From Alphaproteobacteria bacterium (GTDB lineage Bacteria > Pseudomonadota > Alphaproteobacteria > UBA7985 > JAUIBT01): a DNA stretch of 64,000 bases. The DNA is taken from NCBI GenBank assembly GCA_030432195.1, contig JAUIHE010000002.1, positions 5,045 through 69,044 on the forward strand, read 5' to 3'. Positions 45,031-55,835 of this stretch are shown one piece after another (position 1 is the first letter of the stretch; each line of letters starts with the position of its first letter). The notes under the pieces were generated by a model. It had not been told where the DNA came from, did no database searches, and saw only the letters and a list, made by a program, of their open reading frames with translations. A program made the position numbers and the translations under genes.

Positions 45031-46035
45031 ATGAGCAAGACCGCTGTTACCCAAGAGACCGTTGCTCGTGAATTCGACGGCCAGCGCTTGGATCGCTGGT
45101 TCAAACAGCACCGACCCGGCCTCAGTTTTGGGCGTCTGTCGAAGTTGCTGCGCACGGGGCAAATTCGGGTCGATTCCAAGCGCGCCAAGCCCGACACCCG
45201 ACTGAGCGCCGGGCAGATTATCCGCATTCCACCGTTGGACATCGAAGCGCTGGCAGCGCCTGCGGGCAGCACGACGGCCGCGCGTCCCTCGCTCAGTGAA
45301 GCAGACCGGAGCCTTTTAGACGACGCGCTGATCTATGAAGACGATGATCTGGTAGCGCTCAACAAACCGCCGGGGTTGGCGGTGCAAGGCGGGTCGGGCA
45401 CGTCACGACACCTGGATGGCATGGTCGCCGCTTGGCGCAAGCAGGGCCGGTTGCGCTTGGTTCACCGTCTGGACAAAGACACTTCTGGCTTGATTTTGCT
45501 GGCAAAGAGCGTCGGCGCGGCCAATCGTTTGACGCAAGCGTTTAAGACCGGCCAGATTGAAAAGACCTATTGGGCGATCGTCGTTGGGCGTCCGCCCTTT
45601 TTGTCCGGCGAGATCAAAGCCCCCATCGCCAAAATGCCAGGCGGTGGCACAGGCGCGGAAAAGATGATGGTCAGCGATCAAGGCCAGTTCGCATTGACCC
45701 ATTATCAGGTGGTGGACCGCGCGGGCCATCGGGCGGCCTGGCTGGCGCTGTCGCCGCGTACCGGTCGCACGCATCAGCTTCGCGTGCATTGTTTGCACAT
45801 GGAAACGCCGATCTTGGGCGATGGTAAGTATGGCGGCCAGCAAGCCTTTTTGGATGGCCTGGATTTATCGCGCAAATTGCACCTGCACGCCCGTCAGCTT
45901 GTGGTCCCCCACCCCGAGCTAGGCGAGTTGCGGCTAACCGCCGACCTGCCGCCGCACATGGTGACGACGTTTGAAACCTTGGGCTTCAGCCTGGGCCAGG
46001 CCCGCGATTTGGATGAAGACGCGCCCTGGCGCTAA
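45031..46035 (+). CDS. RluA-family 23S rRNA pseudouridine synthase with S4 domain (RluC/RluD-like)
   Basis: ATG at 45031; catalytic HRLDKDTSGL motif; N-terminal S4-like RLDRWF.. Confidence 0.8.
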   Translation: MSKTAVTQETVAREFDGQRLDRWFKQHRPGLSFGRLSKLLRTGQIRVDSKRAKPDTRLSAGQIIRIPPLDIEALAAPAGSTTAARPSLSEADRSLLDDALIYEDDDLVALNKPPGLAVQGGSGTSRHLDGMVAAWRKQGRLRLVHRLDKDTSGLILLAKSVGAANRLTQAFKTGQIEKTYWAIVVGRPPFLSGEIKAPIAKMPGGGTGAEKMMVSDQGQFALTHYQVVDRAGHRAAWLALSPRTGRTHQLRVHCLHMETPILGDGKYGGQQAFLDGLDLSRKLHLHARQLVVPHPELGELRLTADLPPHMVTTFETLGFSLGQARDLDEDAPWR

Positions 46036-46074
46036 GGCAGGACAGATGCGGCAATCGACGCTGACGAAATTGGA

Positions 46075-46755
46075 GTGTTCATGAACCAACCCGCACACCG
46101 CTTCCGGCTTTTGGCTTTCGATTTTGACGGTACGCTGGCCGACAGCAGTGCCAATATCTATTATGCCGCCCAAGGGGCGTTTCGCGCACTTGGCTTGGAC
46201 TATCCAGGAGACGCGGCCGTGGGCGCGACCGTTGGCTTGGACCTGATGGGCTGCGCGCGGCGCTGGTTGCCAGAGGGCAGCGAACAGGATCACCTGGCGT
46301 TGGCCGACGCCTACCGCCACAGCTTTGTGAGTATGCGCCAGCAAGACGACTTCCACGAGCCCTTGTTTCAAGGCGTAAGGGAGACCCTGAGTGCGCTCAG
46401 CCATGATGCCGTGTTCATGGGAATTTGTACGGGTAAGAATCGGCGTGGCCTGGATCACATGCTGGGCTATCACGGCATCGATCACCATTTTCACACCCTG
46501 CAAACGCCGGATACCAATGCCTCCAAACCAGCGCCGGACATGGTGTTCAGCGCGTTGAACGAGACAGGATGCGAGGCGCCTGATTGCGTCGTCATTGGCG
46601 ACACAACCTTTGATATGGCGATGGCCAAGGCTGCGGGTGCCGTGGCGATTGGCGTTTCCTATGGGCACCATCTGGAAGAACAACTCTTGCAGGCGGGGGC
46701 AGACCTGATGATCCATACCATGACAGAATTACCCGACGCGCTGTCACGGCTGTAG
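46075..46755 (+). CDS. HAD-superfamily hydrolase (phosphoglycolate phosphatase-like)
   Basis: 226-aa ORF; FDFDGTLADS (DxDxT) and GDTTFD motifs. Confidence 0.75.
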   Translation: MFMNQPAHRFRLLAFDFDGTLADSSANIYYAAQGAFRALGLDYPGDAAVGATVGLDLMGCARRWLPEGSEQDHLALADAYRHSFVSMRQQDDFHEPLFQGVRETLSALSHDAVFMGICTGKNRRGLDHMLGYHGIDHHFHTLQTPDTNASKPAPDMVFSALNETGCEAPDCVVIGDTTFDMAMAKAAGAVAIGVSYGHHLEEQLLQAGADLMIHTMTELPDALSRL

Positions 46756-46814
46756 AACAGGCCCGCCTCGATTTAATGCCGGCCCGCCTAGGTGTCGGCA
46801 GGCCAGGGGTTGCA

Positions 46815-48110
46815 TCAGCTTGGCAGGATTCCTGTCGCCATTACCGGCAGTTTGGCTCCAAAGCCTTGGCCGAATCCCATTGCTTCAGTTATGAGCCGCT
46901 TTTTCAGCCGCGGCATGCGGTCCACGACCGCAAGGCCCATGTCGCGGGCGATCCGCAGCGGCGGGAACCCGGTTGAGAATAGCCGGTCAAGCGCATCGGT
47001 TGCGGCCAGCATGGCGGCATTATCGGGGCGCCGCCAGGCTTGATAGCGCTCCAGTTGATGCAAGTCGCCTAAGGCCAGGCCGCGTTTGCGCGACTCCACT
47101 AAGTTTTCGGCCAGGCTCGCGATGTCTTTGAGCGCCAGATTAAAGCCCTGGCCTGCGATGGGGTGAACGCCGTGGGCGGCATCGCCGACCAACGCCAGCC
47201 CCGGCATCACATAGCGGTCAGCATGCTGCGCGGACAGCGGGTAGACCCAGCGTTGCCCCACGGGCGTCAGGCGCCCCAGCCATGGGCCAAAGCTGGCGTT
47301 CAGGCAGTCGGCCAAGTCGTTTTGATCAAGTTTTGACAGGCCCTTAACGGCCGCCTCTGATTTCGTCCAGACCAGAGAAGAACGATGGGTGCCGTCCGGT
47401 AGGTCGGGCAGGGGCAGGGCTGCGAAGGGACCGTCTGGCATGAAGTGCTCATAGGCCCAATTGTTGTGCGGCTGCTCGTGGTGCAGGCAGGTCACCAGCG
47501 CCCACTGATTATAGGGGATAAAGCGCAGCCCGATCTTGGCGGCCTTGCGGGTCGGGGAGGGGCGTCCGTCGCAGGCCAGGACCAAATCAGCTTGCAAGCG
47601 GCGTCCGTCCTTCATGCCCAGGACGGGAAGCGGGTCAGAAAAATCGAAATCGGCGACCTCGCACTCAGTCCAAAGCTTGTCGCCCAGCGCCTTGCTCATC
47701 GCCTGGAACAGGACGCGGCGGATGGGCTGGTTTTCCGTGATGTAGCCCATGGGCCCGCTTTTGTAGGTCTCGGCCTCACGAAGCCCCAGGTCGTCGACAT
47801 TGAAGGTCATTTGCAGCGGCGAAATTCGGCCGTTGCGTTTGGCGTCTGTAATGCGGATGTGATCGATGGCGCTGGCATAGGGCGCCATATCGTCCCACAG
47901 CTCCAGGGCCTCAAAGATCTGTTGCCCTGCCTTTGCAATAGCATGGCCGCGTCCGTCGAACCCGTCGTCTAGCGTGGTTGGGTAGGGCGCGCGCTCAATC
48001 AAACGCACGTCAAAGCCAAGGCGCGCAAAGGTGATGGCGGTCGTCATGCCGGCAAAACTGCCGCCGATAATGGCTATTTCACAGCGTTCGCTGGCGGGGG
48101 CGGTTGGCAT
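46815..48110 (-). CDS. FAD-dependent monooxygenase, UbiH/UbiF/COQ6 family
   Basis: 431-aa ORF; IAIIGGSFAGM dinucleotide fold and GDAAHGVHPIAGQGFNLALKD motif. Confidence 0.8.
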   Translation of the reverse strand: MPTAPASERCEIAIIGGSFAGMTTAITFARLGFDVRLIERAPYPTTLDDGFDGRGHAIAKAGQQIFEALELWDDMAPYASAIDHIRITDAKRNGRISPLQMTFNVDDLGLREAETYKSGPMGYITENQPIRRVLFQAMSKALGDKLWTECEVADFDFSDPLPVLGMKDGRRLQADLVLACDGRPSPTRKAAKIGLRFIPYNQWALVTCLHHEQPHNNWAYEHFMPDGPFAALPLPDLPDGTHRSSLVWTKSEAAVKGLSKLDQNDLADCLNASFGPWLGRLTPVGQRWVYPLSAQHADRYVMPGLALVGDAAHGVHPIAGQGFNLALKDIASLAENLVESRKRGLALGDLHQLERYQAWRRPDNAAMLAATDALDRLFSTGFPPLRIARDMGLAVVDRMPRLKKRLITEAMGFGQGFGAKLPVMATGILPS

Positions 48111-48584
48111 GAGCAGGCTCCTTTCGCAAGAGCGAGGGATGGAAGAAATGGCGGTGCGCCTTGGGTGTCCACAGGCGAGACACGGCTGATGCTCTCAATA
48201 TAGAAGGCTAGGGCCCAGTTGCGGCTAGGACAAGGAAGCGCAGCGGCATTCTACGGCCTTCTCGTGCAAGTTGGAGCAGTTCGCAAGAAATGATTAAAAG
48301 TTAGCCAATACTGAAAAACGATCAAAAAAATGGCTGAAAAATGTTCATGAGTGATGAAAAATTAATCTATTGATTGATCGTATTCGCCGCTGCCTTCCCC
48401 TCGATTGGCTGCAATCTTGATCACCTAAGCATATGGATAACAACAATAAAATGGAGATCTTGGCGAGTTGGCACGATCTGTGAAAGGAGAAAGCGAGAGG
48501 CAGAGCCACACCCGCGGCTTTGTTCCCGCCAAAGAAAGACAACCCTAACCTCCAAATCACAATGACCAACTAGGGAAAAACCTT

Positions 48585-49991
48585 ATGTTTCGAGCTTCCT
48601 TGAGCAAACTAAACCCGATACCCAGCCCAAAGATCCGACCGCTGGCGGCCCGGGCCCACGCATCCGCTGGAGTCTCGACCCCCACGCTCGCACTGGCCTT
48701 GCTGGCTGGTGGCTGGCTGGTGATGGGCAGTCCAGCGCAAGCCGCTGTTGACCCTGAAATCGCACACATCTTTAACACCTTCTCCTTCTTGGTTTGCGGC
48801 GCCTTGGTGATGTTCATGGCCGCTGGCTTTGCCATGCTTGAGGCCGGACTGGTGCGTTCAAAGAACGTGGCCACCATCTGTTTGAAGAACATCGCGCTCT
48901 ACGCTGTGGCCGGGCTGCTGTTCTATTTGGTCGGCTATTCGATCATGTATCCAGGCGACGCTTGGCTGACAGGCAGCCTTGAATACCTCGGCTTTTCCAA
49001 CGCTGGCTTCCTCTACAACGCCACCGATGCTTCAGCGCCTGACCTGGCGACCGGCTATTCGGTGTCGTCAGACTGGTTCTTCCAGATGGTCTTTGTTGCG
49101 ACCGCCGCTTCAGTGGTCTCAGGCACTATTGCCGAACGTACCAAACTGTGGAGCTTCATGGTCTTCGTCGTCGTGCTTACCGGCATTATTTATCCGATCC
49201 AGGGGTCTTGGACTTGGGGCGCAGGCTGGTTGGCCGACTTGGGCTTTAGTGATTTTGCAGGTTCGACCATCGTACACTCTGTTGGTGGCTGGGCGGCATT
49301 GGTCGGCGCTTTGATGGTTGGCCCGCGTATTGGCAAGTTCAGCGGCAAGAAGATCAACGCTCTGCCGGGCTCCAGCATGCCCTTGGCGACCCTGGGTACG
49401 TTCATCTTGTGGCTCGGCTGGTTCGGTTTCAACGGCGGCTCCGTGCTGGCCCTTGGTTCGGCCGATAGCGCAACTGCCATGTCTATTGTCTTTGTGAACA
49501 CCAATTTGGCCGCCGCCGGAGGCGTTGTCGCTGCCATGCTGACCGCTCAGCTTTGGTTCGGTAAAGTCGATTTGACCATGGCTCTGAATGGTGCGCTGGC
49601 TGGTCTTGTCTCTATTACCGCTGGTCCGGACCTGTCCAATCACTTGCTGTCGATCGTGATCGGAAGCATTGGCGGCGCGCTGTGTGTGGCCTCGGTCGTT
49701 GTCCTGGAGCGCTTGCGGATTGACGATGTGGTCGGCGCAATCTCGGTCCACTTGGTTTGCGGTATCTGGGGAACGCTGGCCGTCGGTATCTTCGGCGCAG
49801 GCGACCTGGGCGTTCAAATCGTTGGTATCCTGGCCATTGGTGCCTTTGTGTCCATCGCTTCCTTGATTACTTGGTTTGTTATCGACGTGACCATGGGTCT
49901 GCGGGTTAGCACCGAAGATGAAATCTCTGGCCTGGATGAAGCTGAAGTTGGCCTTCAGGCTTACCCCGAGTTCGGCAAGAACTCCTTCTAA
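48585..49991 (+). CDS. amtB: Ammonium transporter
   Basis: 468-aa ORF; signal peptide then 11 TM; Amt signatures (FAGSTIVHSVGGWAAL, WFGFNGGS). Confidence 0.9.
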   Translation: MFRASLSKLNPIPSPKIRPLAARAHASAGVSTPTLALALLAGGWLVMGSPAQAAVDPEIAHIFNTFSFLVCGALVMFMAAGFAMLEAGLVRSKNVATICLKNIALYAVAGLLFYLVGYSIMYPGDAWLTGSLEYLGFSNAGFLYNATDASAPDLATGYSVSSDWFFQMVFVATAASVVSGTIAERTKLWSFMVFVVVLTGIIYPIQGSWTWGAGWLADLGFSDFAGSTIVHSVGGWAALVGALMVGPRIGKFSGKKINALPGSSMPLATLGTFILWLGWFGFNGGSVLALGSADSATAMSIVFVNTNLAAAGGVVAAMLTAQLWFGKVDLTMALNGALAGLVSITAGPDLSNHLLSIVIGSIGGALCVASVVVLERLRIDDVVGAISVHLVCGIWGTLAVGIFGAGDLGVQIVGILAIGAFVSIASLITWFVIDVTMGLRVSTEDEISGLDEAEVGLQAYPEFGKNSF

Positions 49992-50235
49992 CATCGCCGA
50001 TAGCGGCGACGATGAAGGCCACCGAGACGAGGCCTTCAGATCTGGCGAGCCAGTGGTTTCAACAAACTGGCCGCCAGCCCCCCTTTTCAAAGATTGGTGG
50101 GGCCTGCCCAAGGGCCTCTACCTAAACGGTGCGTTCCCCAACTAACTTGGCGGGGATGGCGATCTTCCCTTGTCATCCTCGCCAAGCCCTTTTATGGGCA
50201 AGAGTATGGAACCTGCCTTTTTCTTACTGCCTGAC

Positions 50236-51414
50236 ATGAGCGTGCTTGAGGCTTCGACCCGCATGCACCCCTTTACCAAGGCCCGCGCGCTGTTGGATCA
50301 CCACAAGCCGGGCAAGGAGCCGGTCGCGCTGACCATTGGCGAACCGCAAAATCAGCCCCCAGCTTTTCTAGCCGATGTCATCGCCGCGCACGCATCTGAG
50401 TTCAATCGTTATCCGCCCAACCAGGGCTCGGATGACCTGTTGGAGGCTCAGATCGCTTGGTTGAAAAAACGTTATGATTTGGGGCCGGTGGACTTGGTAC
50501 CTCAGCGGGACCTGTTAGCGTCGGCGGGCAGCCGCGAAGGCATTACCATGGCTATTCGTGCCGCTGTGGCGCGCAAGCAAGCAGAAGGCATTGCCAAGCC
50601 TTTGGTGATGATGCCGAACCCATTCTATCATTCCTATGTCGGGGCTTGTTTGTCGGCGGGCGGCCAAGCGGTGCTGGTCAACGCTGAAGCCGACACGGGC
50701 TTTTTGCCAGATTTTGATGCCGTGCCCGACGAATTGTGGCGCCAAAGTGCCGCGGTGATTTTGTGTTCGCCTTCAAACCCGCAAGGCGCGGTGGCCAGCG
50801 CTGCGGCACTCAAGGCTTTGGCCGAGCGCGCGCGGCGATTTGATTGCTGGGCCATTTTCGATGATTGCTATGCTGAGATCTACCGCGATACGCCGCCGCC
50901 CGGTGTGCTGGCCCAGCTTGCGGGCGACTATGCAAATGTGTTGGTACTGCACTCCATGTCCAAGCGTTCCAGCGCGGCAGGTCTAAGGTGCGGTTTCATC
51001 ACCGGTGACCGCGCGGCCATCGCCGATGTGGCGGCGATCATGAAGTTCACGGGCGCGGCTATCGCAGCACCCTTGCAGGCCGGCGCGGCGGCGCTGTTGC
51101 GGGACGAGGCTCATGTTGCGGCCAACCGAGCCCGCTACAACGCGGCCTTCGACGCGGCCCGTCAGGTGTTTGATTGCCCCACGCCAGAGGGGGGCTTCTT
51201 TTTGTGGTTGCCCGTGGACAGCGCCGAAGAGGCTTGCCTTCAACTCTGGAAGGAAGAAGGCATCCGCACCCTGCCGGGCGACTCTGTTGCGTTTGGAGAA
51301 GGCGATCGCAACCCAGGTTCACAATATTTGCGCCTGGCTCTCGTAATTGAGCCCAATTTGCTGCCTAGTTTGCTAGGGCGCGTGGCAGATTGCTTGAAAG
51401 ATCGCCTTCGCTAG
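50236..51414 (+). CDS. Class I/II PLP-dependent aminotransferase (DapC-like)
   Basis: PLP-lysine motif HSMSKRSSAAGLRCGF; N-terminus HPFTKARALL resembles succinyldiaminopimelate aminotransferases. Start uncertain (50170-50236). Confidence 0.7.
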   Translation: MSVLEASTRMHPFTKARALLDHHKPGKEPVALTIGEPQNQPPAFLADVIAAHASEFNRYPPNQGSDDLLEAQIAWLKKRYDLGPVDLVPQRDLLASAGSREGITMAIRAAVARKQAEGIAKPLVMMPNPFYHSYVGACLSAGGQAVLVNAEADTGFLPDFDAVPDELWRQSAAVILCSPSNPQGAVASAAALKALAERARRFDCWAIFDDCYAEIYRDTPPPGVLAQLAGDYANVLVLHSMSKRSSAAGLRCGFITGDRAAIADVAAIMKFTGAAIAAPLQAGAAALLRDEAHVAANRARYNAAFDAARQVFDCPTPEGGFFLWLPVDSAEEACLQLWKEEGIRTLPGDSVAFGEGDRNPGSQYLRLALVIEPNLLPSLLGRVADCLKDRLR

Positions 51415-51543
51415 GCAGCCATATGGCGGTGTCTGGGACATATTTCCAGCGCCGACATTTTGGACTTCTTCAGCGCTTTGCCGTGCCGCGAGAGGCAGGA
51501 TTTTTCCTGCCTGTTTATTGGTTTATGGATTTTAAGCGTTCGT

Positions 51544-54500
51544 ATGGCTCTGCAGTACCCCGCATATCAAACTCGCCCCCAGGATCAAGCCCAGTCCGAT
51601 GCACATGTGATGCAGGCTGGAGGTCAGACGTCCAGTGAGCCAAGCGGCGCTGAACGTCGGCGGACCAAGGCGCCAGCGCGATCACATGTCAGGCAGGCGG
51701 CACGCAAGCACGACCAAAATGCTCCAAGCGCAACGACCCAGTTTGCGATGCGCCCGCAAGGCGGCGCCTATCTGGACCCCTATGATGATATTGAAGAGTT
51801 GCCCAGCTATAGCTCGGCGGCCAATCAGGCGGCCGCGAGTGCGGCGGCATCCGGCCCTGCGACGCCCGGCTATAGCTCTTATGTCGAAGATTGGGTGGCC
51901 CCTGAGCCTTTGCAACCAGAAACGCTGCCCCGCCAACGCCTATTGCCCGAGGGTTTCGGTGCCAAGTGGCGCATCGGTTGGGTGCGTTGGCATGCTCTGG
52001 CCTATGGCGTGCTGAGCTTGCTGCTGATTTTAGCGCTGGGCAGCTATAGCCCTGTTGACAATTCGTGGAATTCTTCTGGCGCGGCGGGCACTCAAAACCT
52101 GTTGGGCCAACCGGGCGCGGTTTTGGCCGACTTTATCGTGCAACTGTTTGGCTACAGCGCGTTCTTTTTGCCCTGTGTGGCAATTGTGATGGCCACGCAA
52201 GTTTTGTCACACGGTCGCGTGCCACGCCTGGCAAGCCGGCTAATCTACTTGGCTCTGGGCCTGACCTTGTTCTCTGCGGCCCTAAACATTACCGGTATGC
52301 CCAGTCACTGGGGGCGTCCAGACCGTTGGGGCGGCGCGTTGGGCTACCTGCTGCAGTACAACCTCAAGACTTGGCTGTATTTGCCCTACTGGGCGTCAGC
52401 GCTGGTGGCGCTGGTGCCAAGCCTCATGCTGCTTGGATCGGCTATGGGTATCGCCCCGCGCGAATGGCAGCGCTTGGCTGAAGCCATTAGCGACCGCTTG
52501 GTGCCCTTGGGTCAAGAAGCGGGTCATCGTGTGGACCAAGGTGTTCGCCAGGGCCTGCGCAGTGCCTGGCGGCAAGGTCAGCGGTCGAGCAGTTGGTTGA
52601 ACAGAGCAGGCCAAGCAAAGAAGCAGGCGGCCACTAGTCAACAGGCCGCGCGTCAGCCAGTTGGCAATCAACCGGTCGGCAGTCAACCGGTCGGCAGTCA
52701 ACCGGTCGGCAGTCGGCCGGGTGGTGCTTTGGATCATCGCCAGCCAGGGGCGGGTGCCCCCGTGGCACCTGCTGCCCCCGCTTGGGCGCAACAGGCACAC
52801 AATCAACAGGCCCGCAATCACCATCAGAGGCAGCAAGCCGACGCGCAACCCATGCCACAGCCTGCCGCCTACCCCAACCAGGCACCCCAGCATCCGTTGC
52901 GGCGCAACCAAATGGATCGTCGGCAAGCAGAACGGCTAGCGCGTGGCCCCCATGTGGCGAACCTGACTGCGCATCAGCCGATGGCAGCTCCGGCTACCCC
53001 TGGCCCGCACGCGGCAAGCTATCACGACTATAACAGCCAGCCGGCAGCCATGCGACGATTGGCAGAACGGGAAGCCCGTGAGCGCGCCTTGGCGGCTATG
53101 GAAGAAAATGCCCGGCAGATCGCGGCTCAACGCGCGGCGCAACGTCAGCCCAGTGCGACTTCGGTCAGCCCCGGCTATGGCGCGCCTTTGAGCGCCCAGC
53201 GCATTGAGCCAACCAACGCCAGTGCGAGCCAGGAAGCCGCTTACCTGTCTCCGCATGGTCATGCTGCCCCGAATGCGGGCGATGTCGCGCCGGCCGCTGA
53301 TCCTTATGCGGCCTATCAGCCGATCGTTGGTGGTGATTTTGTCGCCAAGCACGCACGCGCGCAGGCTCAGCCCTTAGAGGAGCAACCACCAATGGCGGAT
53401 GCGCAAGCCGATCTTGCCGCTCGCACCCAGGCCGCTTTGGAGCAAATGGCAGGCCCTGCGTATGCCGAACGTGCAAGCGTGCCACAGTGGGATGAACAGC
53501 AGTGGGATACACAACAGGCTTATGAAGCGTCTCATGAAGGCTTCTATGAAGACACCTATGACGCTCAGCATGAAGACTCATTGGAAGATGATGCTTGGCA
53601 GGCTTTTGAAGACGGTCAGCAGCAAGCCCCCGTTGCGGTGGTCCATCAAGAAGAGCAAGCCACCGCGTTGGAGCGTGACCAGGGGGCTCCTTGGGACGAC
53701 AGCGTCGATGAAGCGCTTGGCTTCGCGCCCGGTCACGATGATTCAGAGCAGGACGCAGCGGGCCGTGATGCAGGCCTGGACGTAGAGGCCTGGGATGGCG
53801 AGGAGTACGATCGCGAAGACGGCTGCGGTCAAAGGGCAACGGGTGAGGACTTTGACCAAGATGATTTTGACCAAGATGATTTTGACCAAGATGATTTTGA
53901 GCAAGACGACTTAGACCAAGACGACTTAGACCAAGACGACCTGGACTATGACCACGTTGACCATGACCATAGGGACGCTCAATCTTGGCAGGAACAGGAT
54001 TGGTCTGAGGATGACGCGGCGACAGCCCCAGCGCTGAGCGCAGCGCCAGCCCAAAGAGCGGCCGTGAGCCCGCCTGCGGCACCGGTCTCGACGGCACCTG
54101 TGCAAACGGCCGCAGCGGTTTCAGCATCCAATGCTGGGTATCGCCCCGCGGGCTACGAGCCTGAGCCCATGAGCGCTGAGCCCATGAGCGCTGAGCGCAA
54201 AGTGATGCCGGTTTCTTCGGCGCAACTGGCGGTGCAAAGCCACCAAGGCACCTATGAACCGCCGCGCTTGGACTATCTTAGCGACGCTGACCCGGGTCAA
54301 CTCGCCAACCGCTTGACCGCTGAAGAAGCGCACGAAAATGCGCGGATGTTGGAGAGCGTGTTGTCCGATTTCAACGTCAAAGGCACGATCGTCAACGTAA
54401 AGCCGGGCCCGGTGGTCACGCTGTACGAACTGGAGCCTGCGCCGGGCACCAAGACCAGCCGGGTCGTCGGTTTGGCGGACGATATCGCGCGCTCCATGTC

Positions 54501-55794
54501 AGCATTGTCAGCGCGTATTGCGGTCGTACCTGGGCGCAATGTCATTGGTATTGAGCTGCCAAACCCGCGCCGCGAGACCGTCTATTTCCGTGAGATGCTG
54601 GAAAGCCAGGCCTACCGAGAGCCCGGTTTCAAACTGCCGCTGGCGCTCGGAAAAGATATCGGCGGTGAGCCAGTTGCCGTGGATTTGGCCAAGATGCCCC
54701 ACTTGCTGATTGCCGGTACAACGGGTTCGGGCAAGTCGGTGGCGGTCAACACCATGATCCTGTCGCTGCTCTACCGCCTGGGCCCAGAACAGTGCAAATT
54801 CATCATGATCGACCCAAAGATGCTGGAATTGTCCGTTTACGACGGCATCCCGCATCTGCTGTGCCCGACTGTTGTTGACCCGAAAAAAGCGGTGGTGGCG
54901 CTCAATTGGGCGGTGCGCGAGATGGAAGATCGCTATAAGGCCATGAGCCAAGTAGGCGTGCGTAACATCGCCGGCTTCAACAAGCGCTTGGCCGAAGCCC
55001 GCGCCAAAGGCGAGGTCATTTTGCGGCGCGTGCAGACCGGCTTTAACCCTGAAACCGGCGAGGCGGTGTTTGAAGAGCAGGAGATGGACCTGACGCCGCT
55101 GCCCTACATCGTCATTATCATCGACGAATTGGCGGACTTGATGCTGGTTGCGGGTAAGGACATCGAATCGGCCTTGCAGCGCTTGGCGCAAATGGCTCGC
55201 GCGGCGGGCCTGCACCTTGTTATGGCGACGCAAAGACCGTCGGTCGATGTTATCACCGGAACGATAAAGGCCAACTTCCCGACGCGGATTTCGTTCCACG
55301 TCACCTCAAAGATCGACTCGCGAACCATCTTGGGTGAAATGGGTGCCGAACAGTTGTTGGGTATGGGCGATATGCTCTACCAACCATCGGGCGGCCGTTT
55401 GAAGCGCGTCCACGGCCCATTTTCCAGCGATGACGAAGTGGAAAAGGTGGTGTCCTTCCTTAAGGCTCAAGGGGCGCCCTCATATATCGGCTCAATAACC
55501 GAGGAAGCCGATGCGGACGAGAGCGACGAGCGAGTCGATGACGAGGCGGCGGGCGTCGGTCAAGGCTTTGGTCATGGCTTCGGCAACTCAGGAGACGAAC
55601 TTTACGATCAAGCTGTGGCCATAGTCTTGAAGCACAAAAAGGCCTCGACGTCCTTTGTTCAACGCCAACTGCAAATCGGCTATAACCGTGCGGCGCGTTT
55701 GATTGAACGCATGGAAGAGGAGGGGTTGATATCCTCTTCAGATCATGTCGGTCGTCGTCAAATTTTGGTCGGCGGGGATTCGGCGGATATCTAG
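51544..55794 (+). CDS. ftsK: DNA translocase FtsK with an exceptionally long low-complexity linker
   Basis: N-terminal TM helices; motor domain with Walker A GTTGSGKS and Walker [10 protein letters not shown]; gamma domain [27 protein letters not shown]. First ATG at 51544 (track starts at TTG 51460). Confidence 0.9.
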   Translation: MALQYPAYQTRPQDQAQSDAHVMQAGGQTSSEPSGAERRRTKAPARSHVRQAARKHDQNAPSATTQFAMRPQGGAYLDPYDDIEELPSYSSAANQAAASAAASGPATPGYSSYVEDWVAPEPLQPETLPRQRLLPEGFGAKWRIGWVRWHALAYGVLSLLLILALGSYSPVDNSWNSSGAAGTQNLLGQPGAVLADFIVQLFGYSAFFLPCVAIVMATQVLSHGRVPRLASRLIYLALGLTLFSAALNITGMPSHWGRPDRWGGALGYLLQYNLKTWLYLPYWASALVALVPSLMLLGSAMGIAPREWQRLAEAISDRLVPLGQEAGHRVDQGVRQGLRSAWRQGQRSSSWLNRAGQAKKQAATSQQAARQPVGNQPVGSQPVGSQPVGSRPGGALDHRQPGAGAPVAPAAPAWAQQAHNQQARNHHQRQQADAQPMPQPAAYPNQAPQHPLRRNQMDRRQAERLARGPHVANLTAHQPMAAPATPGPHAASYHDYNSQPAAMRRLAEREARERALAAMEENARQIAAQRAAQRQPSATSVSPGYGAPLSAQRIEPTNASASQEAAYLSPHGHAAPNAGDVAPAADPYAAYQPIVGGDFVAKHARAQAQPLEEQPPMADAQADLAARTQAALEQMAGPAYAERASVPQWDEQQWDTQQAYEASHEGFYEDTYDAQHEDSLEDDAWQAFEDGQQQAPVAVVHQEEQATALERDQGAPWDDSVDEALGFAPGHDDSEQDAAGRDAGLDVEAWDGEEYDREDGCGQRATGEDFDQDDFDQDDFDQDDFEQDDLDQDDLDQDDLDYDHVDHDHRDAQSWQEQDWSEDDAATAPALSAAPAQRAAVSPPAAPVSTAPVQTAAAVSASNAGYRPAGYEPEPMSAEPMSAERKVMPVSSAQLAVQSHQGTYEPPRLDYLSDADPGQLANRLTAEEAHENARMLESVLSDFNVKGTIVNVKPGPVVTLYELEPAPGTKTSRVVGLADDIARSMSALSARIAVVPGRNVIGIELPNPRRETVYFREMLESQAYREPGFKLPLALGKDIGGEPVAVDLAKMPHLLIAGTTGSGKSVAVNTMILSLLYRLGPEQCKFIMIDPKMLELSVYDGIPHLLCPTVVDPKKAVVALNWAVREMEDRYKAMSQVGVRNIAGFNKRLAEARAKGEVILRRVQTGFNPETGEAVFEEQEMDLTPLPYIVIIIDELADLMLVAGKDIESALQRLAQMARAAGLHLVMATQRPSVDVITGTIKANFPTRISFHVTSKIDSRTILGEMGAEQLLGMGDMLYQPSGGRLKRVHGPFSSDDEVEKVVSFLKAQGAPSYIGSITEEADADESDERVDDEAAGVGQGFGHGFGNSGDELYDQAVAIVLKHKKASTSFVQRQLQIGYNRAARLIERMEEEGLISSSDHVGRRQILVGGDSADI
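52655..52720 (+). repeat. 15-bp in-frame tandem repeat in the ftsK linker (QPVG(N/S) x4)
   Basis: CAACCGGTCGGCAGT x3 flanked by degenerate units. Confidence 0.9.
53845..53970 (+). repeat. 15-bp in-frame tandem repeat array in the ftsK linker (DDFDQ/DDLDQ, about 8 units)
   Basis: GATGATTTTGACCAA x3, GACGACTTAGACCAA x2, plus degenerate units. Confidence 0.9.
54163..54196 (+). repeat. 15-bp in-frame tandem repeat in ftsK (EPMSA x2)
   Basis: GAGCCCATGAGCGCT x2 followed by GAGCGC. Confidence 0.9.
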
Positions 55795-55835
55795 TCTGCG
55801 CCTTGCTGATCGCCCACCTGTTACGGAACGTATGT

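Noticed and set aside
49119-50111. 330-aa minus-strand ORF opposite amtB
   Set aside because: Antisense artefact. The sequence is hydrophilic and low-complexity, while the plus strand encodes a canonical Amt protein.
53165-54127. 320-aa minus-strand ORF (and 52396..52926) inside the ftsK linker
   Set aside because: It is the antisense of low-complexity repeat DNA, and its repeats merely mirror the ftsK arrays.
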